From Candidatus Rifleibacteriota bacterium (GTDB lineage: Bacteria > Muiribacteriota > Ozemobacteria > Ozemobacterales > Ozemobacteraceae): a stretch of 64,000 nt of DNA. Shown piece by piece: positions 37,939-46,625 of this stretch. The stretch is taken from NCBI GenBank assembly GCA_015233155.1, contig JADFYG010000010.1, positions 34,507-98,506 of the forward strand. Reading direction: 5' to 3'. Below the pieces are notes generated by a model that saw nothing but the letters and a program-made list of their open reading frames with translations, did not search any database and was not told the DNA's origin. The stretch's first letter is position 1; each line of letters begins with the position of its first letter. A program made the translations under genes and the position numbers.

Positions 37939-40571
37939 ATCTCGTATATCTCCTTGCGGCGCTCGAACGCCTCCTCGCCACCTTCCATGATGTTGACGAT
38001 TTTCGCCTGCATATATGGATCATCAATACTGCCGGGGAAAGGATTGATTTTGTTGTCTGAGTATTCGCAGGCAATGACCATTTCCGCATCACCAAGAACT
38101 GGAAAATTTGGGTTATGCGTGGCAAAGACAAACTGGGTCTCACGCTTCAATTCATGAATGAGCTTTATGACATCCTGATAAATCGTCTGATTGTCCAGGT
38201 CGTCTTCAGGCTGATCGATCAGAATAAGATCATTTTCACGTTGACTCAGAACGAACAGCATGAGAGCGGATGCCCGCTGCCCAAGGGAATGGTCTTTAAG
38301 TTCTTTACCCCCGTATTTTATGGTGAACTTATCAGGAATCCGCCATATTAACAATGTCTCGAGTTGTCTGAGAAAAAATTCCCAAAACTTGAAACTGCTC
38401 TCTCCGAGTATTTGATCAGCTCGTTCTCTTTGCTCGAAGATAGCCCCCATATCAGGAAATTCGTCAACGAGCTTCTGTATTGTCGTATCTCGAAGGGCGC
38501 TTCCCTTGAGGGTTTCACGAAGGAATACCTTGAAGGCTCCCTTGTCAGCCTTGAATTCCGTTACGATGGCAAGAGAGGAGTGATTGTCGTTAACCTTGTT
38601 CATTTCCCCTTGGATAACCTGAAACTCCTGGTGCCAAAGACTGTTCAGACTGGAAAGCTCTTTCGCCAGCTCCTGGCGGATTTCATCAGACTTCGCCTGT
38701 TCCTTCTCAAGTTCGGCAAGAATTGCCTTCGATTGCTCCAATACCTTATTCTGTTGTCTGAACTCGTCAGGCCGTATCGTTGGAACCCCGGCAGCACGCA
38801 GTTCATCAGAGATACTGCGTTCGATAGAGGCAAATTCCTCCTTGAGCCCCCGAAAGATTCGCTCGAATTCCCCCTGCTTCTCACCCAACATCGCTCGCGA
38901 GGTCGCAAGAGAATCGCGTATTTGTTTGACCGAATCAATCAGCTTGACGATTGAACCATAAGCCACAAAGTAATCGGCAAAAAAAGGCTCGTTTTGCTTC
39001 GTCTTGTAGCGCGTATGATTTCTGAGAATGTCTTCATGCTGCATCAAAAGGTCGGATATCGCATCATGGAATGCAGTCACACTTTCGGAAATTTCTTTCA
39101 GTTTTCGCGAATCGGCGTCGAAATCGACCTGTTTTTGAAGCTTCTCTTCAAGGCCGTATTTCTTATAGCGCTCGAGCTGGAACTCGGCATTCTGCTTTTT
39201 AGCAGTATACTCATCCTTTCGGGTGGCAATGTTCGAAAGCTTCATATACCGACGCACAGCGCCCTGAACTTTTTGTTGCTGTTCTTCAATTTTTTGGCGA
39301 AGTTCCCGGGTTTTTTCGCCGATTAGTTTCTCGACCAGGTTTTTCTCGAACCCTTCTCCAGAGTTCGATAAGTCCTTCTGGCCAAAATACAGGGGCTTGT
39401 GAACAACGGTCTCGCAAATTGAAACTCCCGGCTGAAGCTCTCCATTTATCAGGACTTCAGGCCGGTGGTCCCAAATTCGTCGAACTTCGTATTCTTGCCC
39501 GAAACGATCGACGGAGATGATGGTTACCTTTCCGCCACTTCCCAATGTATGTTTGAGGAGCTTTTTCTTGTATTCAGCATCCGCTGGATTTTCACCGGCG
39601 GGAACATCCAAGGCAAAGCGTATTGATTCGACGATGGAGGATTTTCCGCTGCCGCGAACTCCTATCAACGAGTTCAGTTCGGGAGAAAAATCAAGTTTAT
39701 GCCCATCGAGTGTGCCACCATCGAATCTAATGGACCGGATGTAGGAACGGGTATGCTTTGGGATTTCCCTAGCGACCCGATGGAAGTGATCGCATAGAGC
39801 AAATTTCACCGCCTCGAAGGAAAAAGCGCCGATCTTAAGAAAACAGGGGTCACCTCGGCCAATTTCATCGTTATTCTTTGGGTCTGAGCCTTCAACCTCT
39901 GCCGGATATGAATCTCCAAGCCACATCTTTGCCTTCACTCGACACGGAACATCGGATTTGTCATGCGTTCGCACTTTCTGGAAGCCCCGGGCTCGTCGCT
40001 GAAAATACTCGGTCTTTCCCAACTCCGTTAGCCTTCCACCATCCATTTCTTGCCAAAGCCCGCTCGATTGTTCAACGTGCGCGAATATGATGAAAAAATC
40101 TCGATTGAAGCCCTCAAGTTTCTTGATAGTCTCGATGATGTTATCTTGGCTTCTTCCGTTCTCGCTCTCATAGTGAGAAGGCGTCTTTCCGGCAAACGTT
40201 ACATTGAGAAACTGGTTGATGTAATCTTGCCCTTTATCAAGCCAATCATCGCTAAATGTAACAACGGTGTGAATTCCATTTGATCCATCGTTGACCGACA
40301 ACTCAACACCGGGAAGCAAAAGGATTTCTTGCTTCTTGGCTTTTTTTCGAAGAGAGTCAAATTCGGCTTTATCGAATTTGTTATGATTGGCGATGACGCC
40401 AACACGGATTCCACACTTTGTCAGCGCATCGACGAAGTTGCCATTGTAAGAATTCTCATCGCCTGAAAATTTGAATTCCTTGTCGGCTTTCGTGTGCAAG
40501 TGAAAATCCGCTCTGACCCAGCGGGATCCATTTATAAAAATCTCAGGAATCTTGATCTCTTCGTTACTCAT
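37920..40571 (-). CDS. PHP phosphoesterase fused to an SMC/ABC-type ATPase (Ppl/TrlF-like defence protein)
   Basis: ADFHLHT, ANHN, PGVEL, FAHVE, EGSD; Walker A GVRGSGKS; coiled coil; SLGQR, IDQPEDDLDN, ATHN. Confidence 0.85.
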   Translation of the reverse strand: MSNEEIKIPEIFINGSRWVRADFHLHTKADKEFKFSGDENSYNGNFVDALTKCGIRVGVIANHNKFDKAEFDSLRKKAKKQEILLLPGVELSVNDGSNGIHTVVTFSDDWLDKGQDYINQFLNVTFAGKTPSHYESENGRSQDNIIETIKKLEGFNRDFFIIFAHVEQSSGLWQEMDGGRLTELGKTEYFQRRARGFQKVRTHDKSDVPCRVKAKMWLGDSYPAEVEGSDPKNNDEIGRGDPCFLKIGAFSFEAVKFALCDHFHRVAREIPKHTRSYIRSIRFDGGTLDGHKLDFSPELNSLIGVRGSGKSSIVESIRFALDVPAGENPADAEYKKKLLKHTLGSGGKVTIISVDRFGQEYEVRRIWDHRPEVLINGELQPGVSICETVVHKPLYFGQKDLSNSGEGFEKNLVEKLIGEKTRELRQKIEEQQQKVQGAVRRYMKLSNIATRKDEYTAKKQNAEFQLERYKKYGLEEKLQKQVDFDADSRKLKEISESVTAFHDAISDLLMQHEDILRNHTRYKTKQNEPFFADYFVAYGSIVKLIDSVKQIRDSLATSRAMLGEKQGEFERIFRGLKEEFASIERSISDELRAAGVPTIRPDEFRQQNKVLEQSKAILAELEKEQAKSDEIRQELAKELSSLNSLWHQEFQVIQGEMNKVNDNHSSLAIVTEFKADKGAFKVFLRETLKGSALRDTTIQKLVDEFPDMGAIFEQRERADQILGESSFKFWEFFLRQLETLLIWRIPDKFTIKYGGKELKDHSLGQRASALMLFVLSQRENDLILIDQPEDDLDNQTIYQDVIKLIHELKRETQFVFATHNPNFPVLGDAEMVIACEYSDNKINPFPGSIDDPYMQAKIVNIMEGGEEAFERRKEIYEIWKPRN

Positions 40572-41922
40572 GCGATTACTCTCCGGAATTCGTTGTCCCT
40601 TCCTTCGAAGGCCTCTCTTAATACAGCTTGCATCAGATCATTAGATTTTTCTTTCCGATCGGCGATTTGTGCTTCGAGATCGGAAACGATGGAAAGAAGT
40701 CGGGTGACACGCTCTACAATCAACTTCTGCTCAACCATGGAAGGAAGAGGTAATGGCATCCTGAGCAAATCCTCTCGCGTGACATTGTTCATGGATGTGC
40801 TTTTCTGAGTGCCAAGTGCATCAAAATACTTGATGCCATGACTTGATTTGTTATGGATGTCGATCAACCGAGCTGTTCGGGCGTGGAAAATAGAAATACG
40901 AATGCTTTTGTCGCTAAGCAATAAATTTCGGCTGCATTCATTGACCATACAGCATCTACCAGCAAGTCCTTTGCTCCCACTGGCACGACAAAACAGTAAA
41001 TCACCAATGTTTATTTTTTGCTAACATCACTTGGTTGGTTATCGGTGAATAACTTGTTTTCTGACTCTAAAAATTGGCCGGAGGTGATGGCACTTGTCTT
41101 GATAACCCCCCATGAACTGCCCTTAGCCTCTTTTTCTTTACACAAGAAACTTTTTCCAGCCTCCGCATATCGAATCAGTTCTCCTAAGTGACACCAAACC
41201 CAACCTTCCGGAAGTTGGAATGGCATTTCATCCAGATTGACCAGAGGCAAAGGCTTTTCTTTCTTGATCTCACCTTTGGCTATCAACTTCTGTTTTTCAA
41301 CTTTGATTTGTTCTAGAAGAGCCGCTGCATCATATTCCGAGTCACCTTTTCTTACCAAGTGTTCCTCTCGCCACTTCGCGGTCAACTTGCCTTCGATGGC
41401 GTCTTTGAGAATGGCTTGTCGAAGCCTCATAAGAATATCCGCATCCTCAGCATTTATGCAAACCATTGAATTCTTAATTTCTGAAATACAAGCAAGTTTT
41501 TTTCCGAATTTCTCTTGATGTTTTATTTCAAAGTAGGGGAGCCGATAATTCCCCAAATTTGTTTGATTAATAGATAGTTTGGCTGTACCGGTTGAAGTTT
41601 TTTTTACGATATCTTCCCTTAGAAAGTTAAATACACGATGATAGAATTTTAGAATAAGTTTTCGATTTTCCTTTGGTGTCAGAATAAAACACAAATCACT
41701 AGAGATAAATTTTCCTTTGAAATAGTGCGTTCGTCCAAGAGAGCCAGACGCGGCCATAGCGAATATCAATGCCTCACAATCATGAGAAAAATGAGTGTGA
41801 GTCTTCCACTCCTCCGCAGCAGTAATGAAGGTGTATTGGCCCGGAGTGCATTTTGAACTTTGAAGTGTTCCTTTTTGAAAATCAAACAATTCACTAATCG
41901 GAACCCACTCAGCCATTTCCAA
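40568..41922 (-). pseudogene. hsdS: Type I R-M specificity subunit HsdS, split by a 1-nt frameshift at an A6 run (41014-41019)
   Basis: 5' ORF has LRQAILKDAIEGKLT and PFQLPEGWVW, ending SKK*. Adding one A reads on as KKINIGDLLFCRASGSKGLAGRCC into the 3' ORF (PLPSMVEQKLIV...LMQAVLREAF). Confidence 0.9.
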
Positions 41923-43342
41923 GCTCCTTCTTCAAGGTCTCAAGGAGTATGTCACTTTTGCGGAATGACTCATGAAGCAAACTCAATAGTTCAGCGCTTG
42001 TGGATTGATATCCCACGTCGGATGTGTGCGGGTTCTTACTATCCAAACTGAACCCGTTCGCTTCCAGAGACTCTAATGAAACTTTCCACGACTGATCGGA
42101 TGGCTTTCTATCTCCCCACCAATCCTTCAATGCCGCAAATTCACTCTTCTGAATGGGCTTGGTTTTTGAATAGGCTTTGATGTCACTGGGAAGTTTGTGT
42201 TCCCAATACCAGATTTCCTTTGTCGGGTGCCCCTTAGTGAAGAAAAGGAGATTGGTTGCCACGCTGGCATACGGTTGAAACACGGAGTTGGGCAATCTGA
42301 CAACAGTATGCACATTACAGGTTTCTGGCAGGTGTTTGCGAATTCTCTGTTTAACCCCGTCACCCATAAGTGACCCGTCGGGAAGTACAATGGCTGCACG
42401 GCCGCCGTCCTTCAAGTATCTGACCATCAAAACCAGAAATAGATCTGCACTTTCGATTGTGCGATAGTTCTGTGGAAAATTCGTTTCAGCCCCATCAGTC
42501 ACGGACGCACCGAACGGGGGATTGGCCAGGATGACGTCAACCCTGTCCTTTTGACCGATTGAGCTGTATTCCCGATTGAGGCTGTCAGTATAGTCGATAT
42601 TCGGAACCTCGATATCATGGAGAATCAGGTTTGTCACGCAAAGCATAAAGGGGAGGGGCTTGAACTCCATTCCGTGGATGTGGGTTTCGAGAGTCTTGAG
42701 GTCTGCAAGGCCTTTTACGTCCTTCTTACGGATGTTCTCTATGGCAGATGTGAGAAAGCCTCCCGTGCCGCAGGCCGGATCAAGTCTTTTTTCCCCAAGG
42801 CGAGGGTCGATAATCTCTGTCATGAACTCCGTGATGGCACGCGGAGTATAGAATTCACCATAGTTGCCGGCGTTTTGAAGATCTCGGAGGATTGTTTCGT
42901 AGATATCGCCGAACACATGCCGGTCTTCGGAAAGATTGAAGTTTATTTTATTCAATTCGTTCAGCACCTGCCTAATAATGGTGCCGTTCTTCATGTAGTT
43001 GTTGGTGCCTTCAAAAATCTCACGAATAATTATTGAGCGCTTGTTTCCAGCGGCAACGTTGAGATTTTTCAGCGTAGGAAACAACTCTTTTTCAACAAAA
43101 TCCCGAAGTGCGTCACCGGTAATTCCTTCATCATCAGCCGCCCATGCCCGCCATTGACATTTTTTCGGTATTGGCGACCGGTACTTGTCATTCAACAGTT
43201 CAAGCTCTTGATCCTTATCATCAAGGATTTTCAGGGAAATAAGCCATCCAAGTTGTTCGATACGTTGGGCGTCGCCAGATACACCGGGATCCTTCCGCAT
43301 AATATTCTGCAAACTCTTGATGATATGCCCAATGTTTTTCAT
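41909..43342 (-). CDS. hsdM: Type I R-M N6-adenine methyltransferase HsdM
   Basis: IMRKDPGVSGDAQRIEQ, GEFYTPR, DPACGTGGF, ANPPF. Confidence 0.95.
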   Translation of the reverse strand: MKNIGHIIKSLQNIMRKDPGVSGDAQRIEQLGWLISLKILDDKDQELELLNDKYRSPIPKKCQWRAWAADDEGITGDALRDFVEKELFPTLKNLNVAAGNKRSIIIREIFEGTNNYMKNGTIIRQVLNELNKINFNLSEDRHVFGDIYETILRDLQNAGNYGEFYTPRAITEFMTEIIDPRLGEKRLDPACGTGGFLTSAIENIRKKDVKGLADLKTLETHIHGMEFKPLPFMLCVTNLILHDIEVPNIDYTDSLNREYSSIGQKDRVDVILANPPFGASVTDGAETNFPQNYRTIESADLFLVLMVRYLKDGGRAAIVLPDGSLMGDGVKQRIRKHLPETCNVHTVVRLPNSVFQPYASVATNLLFFTKGHPTKEIWYWEHKLPSDIKAYSKTKPIQKSEFAALKDWWGDRKPSDQSWKVSLESLEANGFSLDSKNPHTSDVGYQSTSAELLSLLHESFRKSDILLETLKKELGNG

Positions 43343-43358
43343 TATTTTGAAACCTTTT

Positions 43359-43819
43359 TCTCACGGAGCGCACAGAGGACCCGGAGTCTTTTTAACCAAA
43401 CCATTCTATATTTTGCCATTTATAACCCTTTTGATGCCATCTTTTACCAACACTTCATTAAAATTAATCAGCAAACCAAGTTTGATTTTAGATAATTTTA
43501 GGTATGAAAGCAATTGCTTAAAATGAATATCTTCAATTTTCTTTACTGACTTAATTTCAATGATCACGCAATTTTCGACCAAAACGTCAGCTCTAAATCC
43601 CTCATCGAAGACAATGTTTTCATAAGAAAATGAAATAGGCTTTTGAATTTCGATTCGCAAACCGCATTTTTCCAATTCATAGGCCATTACACGTTCATAT
43701 ACTGATTCTAAAAGCCCAGGCCCGATAGCAGAATGAACCTTTATTGCGCAGCTGATTATTTTTTCAGTGATTTCATTTTCTTTCACTCTTTCTCTGTGCC
43801 CTCTGTGATCTCCGTGAGA
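43359..43819. mobile_element. GxxExxY cassette bounded by 28-bp inverted arms
   Basis: tctcacggagcgcacagaggacccggag (43359-43386) vs reverse complement of 43792-43819, 23/28; additional partial arm at 43913-43930. Confidence 0.7.
43406..43786 (-). CDS. GxxExxY protein (PD-(D/E)xK nuclease superfamily)
   Basis: VHSAIGPGLLESVY, FRADVLVENCVIIEIKSV, QLLSYLKL, GLLINF; markedly AT-rich. Confidence 0.95.
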   Translation of the reverse strand: MKENEITEKIISCAIKVHSAIGPGLLESVYERVMAYELEKCGLRIEIQKPISFSYENIVFDEGFRADVLVENCVIIEIKSVKKIEDIHFKQLLSYLKLSKIKLGLLINFNEVLVKDGIKRVINGKI

Positions 43820-43935
43820 ATCGGTTCTTGTTTTTCATTTAAGAGTTCTCTGGGTTCTTCGTGTGCTTTATCAGAATTTCTTTTTGTATTCTTTCGTGTT
43901 CTCATTTTATTATTTGTGCACTCCGTGAGAATTTA

Positions 43936-46359
43936 TCACGCCGCAAGCTTATAAACCTCGTTTTCCAGCTCCGATAATGCTTTCAGATACCCGTCTTTTC
44001 CCCCGAACATGCTGATAATCTCGGCGGGAGTGCCGAGGCCGTTGATGGGTGGCGCCCGCAAGATGGAAAGCTCTTCAATGTCCTCGATACCGTTGTCCGC
44101 GTATTTGTCGAGAAGTGCGATCAGAACTGCTCGGGCCTTCTCCCCATATTTCTCAAAGTAGTTTCGCTTCTTTACTCTCGCGGCTCGTTCTCGGCGCGTA
44201 AGCGCGGGTTTGTCCCAGGCAACGTGGCAAATCAGATCGAATACATCAAGCTCTTTTTTAACCTCGGTCCAGAGATTTTCCAGGATTACCCCCTGCAGCT
44301 CGAGTTCATCAATCAGAACCTGCTTCTTATCAGCCGCCTGCCACCTGTTAAGAAACTCATCAAGGGTCTGGAACTCTTTTCTTAAACCCTTTCGCGTGAA
44401 GTCTTTCAGACTCTCGATAATCAGATGACCGTTTTGATCCAGGTATTGGTGCCGTTCATTCAAGACAGAAACCGAGACTCCCGCAACATATATTTTTGCG
44501 GCGGGTTGCGCAACAATTCCCCCACCCTCTACTATTTCAGGCGTTTCATAGAGTTCTGCGTCATCTTCAGAAGCGGATGGGCCGAAATCAATTGTTTTGC
44601 CGGATTCCGAATCGATGATTTCATCTTCGCCAACCCCTTCAACGTCCTCGGATGAAAGTTCGTCATTCGCAGCGACTTCCTTCACCATCACGGGGTCCCC
44701 GTCAAAAGCAGGATCAGCAAAAAGGTCGGTGACATTCCTGAAGTCCATTATGGCGAAAAACGTCTTCCCAAAATCCTCGTTGATGCGAGTCCCTCGACCT
44801 ATAATCTGTTTAAACTCAGTCATCGATCTGATACTCGAATCAAGCACGATCAATTTGCAGGTCTGTACGTCAACTCCCGTTGTCAAAAGCTTCGATGTGA
44901 CGGCGACAACTGGATGCGTTTCCTCAGGATCGATAAAGTTATCGAGTTCTCGTTTGCCTTCTTCTTCATCGCCCGTAATGCGCATGACGAACTTCGGATT
45001 CTCCTTCGTAAGGTCGGGAGCCACATTCGCGATGGCTTGCCTCATTCGCTCGGCGTGTTCGATATCAATGCAAAAAACGATCGTTTTCGAAAGCTCTCCG
45101 GCAATGCGAAGATACTCCATTACCTTTCGGGCAACGAGCGAAGTCCTTTCATCAATGACCAGATTCTTATCGAAATCTTTTGAATTATAGAGTCGATCTT
45201 CAACCGGAGTTCCCCGATTATCCGTCTTTCCCTGCTCGGGTCGCCACCCTTCGAGATCGACATTTATGCCGACTCGAATCACCTTGTAGGGTGCAAGAAA
45301 TCCGTCTTCGATACCCTGTTTCAAGGAATACGTATACAATGGTTCGCCGAAATATTCTATATTAGAAACCTGTTCGGTTTCCTTCGGCGTTGCTGTAAGA
45401 CCTATTTGAGTGGCACTTGAAAAATATTCGAGGACCACCCTCCACGCGCTGTCATCGGCGGCACTTCCACGATGGCATTCATCGACAACAATCAGATCGA
45501 AAAAGTCGGGACTAAACTCTCTAAAGGCGTCTTCTTGTCCACTAGAGTTGGTTAACCCTTGATACAAAGCCAGATAGATCTCATACGCCTTGTCGATCTT
45601 CTTGTGACGAATGACCGTCATTTTCTCTTTAAAGTGTTTAAAATCGCCTCTCTTTGTCTGTCTGATCAGTGCATTACGATCAGCAAGAAACAGAATTCTC
45701 TTCTTCGTGCCATTTTTCCAGAGCCGGTAGATAATCTGAAATGCGGTATATGTCTTGCCGGTTCCAGTGGCCATGACCAGAAGAACACGATTTTGCTCCT
45801 TTGCAATGGCCTCTACTGCTCGATTGATGGCAATCTGCTGATAGTACCTTGGAGCCCTGCCACTGCCATCATAAAAGTAGTCGTACGAGGCGACACACTC
45901 CTGATCGGTTGTCTTGATGCCCTTGTATATCTTATATTTCGCCCAAAGCTCCTCGGGTGAGGGAAAATCATCTAGACCTCTATGTTGCTCCACGACGCCG
46001 GAACTGCCGGTTCGATCATGCTCCAGGAAATTGTCTCCATTCGAGCTTAATGCAACGGGAATGTCCAGGATGGATGCATAAGAAAGAGCTTGCTGCATTC
46101 CGTCACCGACTTCATGATTATTGTCTTTTGCTTCAATAACGGCGACAGGAATATTCGGCTTATAGTAAAGAATATAGTCTGCCCGCTTTCTTTCTCCGCG
46201 AGCGGTTCTATTGCCTTTGACATATATGCGGCCATCCGTGAAAAAGACCTCTTCGCGAATTTGCCGTTCAACATCCCACCCTGCCTTAACCAGGGCGGGC
46301 AGTATGTATTTAGTACAAATGTCGCGTTCAGACAACTCCCTCTTATTCGTCATAGACAT
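43936..46359 (-). CDS. hsdR: Type I R-M restriction subunit HsdR (EcoAI/EcoEI-like)
   Basis: SERDICTKYI.PAL, ADYIL...IEAK, ATGTGKT, DECHR, LTATP, QIIGRGTR. Confidence 0.95.
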   Translation of the reverse strand: MSMTNKRELSERDICTKYILPALVKAGWDVERQIREEVFFTDGRIYVKGNRTARGERKRADYILYYKPNIPVAVIEAKDNNHEVGDGMQQALSYASILDIPVALSSNGDNFLEHDRTGSSGVVEQHRGLDDFPSPEELWAKYKIYKGIKTTDQECVASYDYFYDGSGRAPRYYQQIAINRAVEAIAKEQNRVLLVMATGTGKTYTAFQIIYRLWKNGTKKRILFLADRNALIRQTKRGDFKHFKEKMTVIRHKKIDKAYEIYLALYQGLTNSSGQEDAFREFSPDFFDLIVVDECHRGSAADDSAWRVVLEYFSSATQIGLTATPKETEQVSNIEYFGEPLYTYSLKQGIEDGFLAPYKVIRVGINVDLEGWRPEQGKTDNRGTPVEDRLYNSKDFDKNLVIDERTSLVARKVMEYLRIAGELSKTIVFCIDIEHAERMRQAIANVAPDLTKENPKFVMRITGDEEEGKRELDNFIDPEETHPVVAVTSKLLTTGVDVQTCKLIVLDSSIRSMTEFKQIIGRGTRINEDFGKTFFAIMDFRNVTDLFADPAFDGDPVMVKEVAANDELSSEDVEGVGEDEIIDSESGKTIDFGPSASEDDAELYETPEIVEGGGIVAQPAAKIYVAGVSVSVLNERHQYLDQNGHLIIESLKDFTRKGLRKEFQTLDEFLNRWQAADKKQVLIDELELQGVILENLWTEVKKELDVFDLICHVAWDKPALTRRERAARVKKRNYFEKYGEKARAVLIALLDKYADNGIEDIEELSILRAPPINGLGTPAEIISMFGGKDGYLKALSELENEVYKLAA

Positions 46360-46453
46360 TTATCATACACGAACTTGATCCACCCGCCAAGGTTGGCTGT
46401 AGTTAAGGGCAAACGTGTAATTTTGTCAGCATTGACGAGGTTTATAAGCTTGC

Positions 46454-46582
46454 TCTCACAGAGGCATTGAGAACACAGAGGTTATCGTTAGATTTTAAGA
46501 AGTGGACTTTTCAAAAAAAATTCGCGGTGTGTCTTTGCAGATTATTTTAGTTTTCTCCGTGATCTCTGCGGGCTCTGTGAGA
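46454..46582. repeat. Empty inverted-arm element at the right border of the defence island
   Basis: tctcacagaggcattgagaacacagag (46454-46480) and ctccgtgatctctgcgggctctgtgaga (46555-46582). Confidence 0.75.
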
Positions 46583-46625
46583 TTTTTTTGTCTGTCATTT
46601 TCTATAGTGTCATTTTTTTATAGTT

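Noticed and set aside
40568-40948. Separate small hsdS gene or invertible hsdS shufflon
   Set aside because: It is the continuation of the upstream hsdS after a 1-nt shift; no inverted silent TRD copies or recombinase are present.
36600-46620. Prophage or ICE origin of the defence island
   Set aside because: No integrase, tRNA target, att-like direct repeat, phage or conjugation genes were seen.
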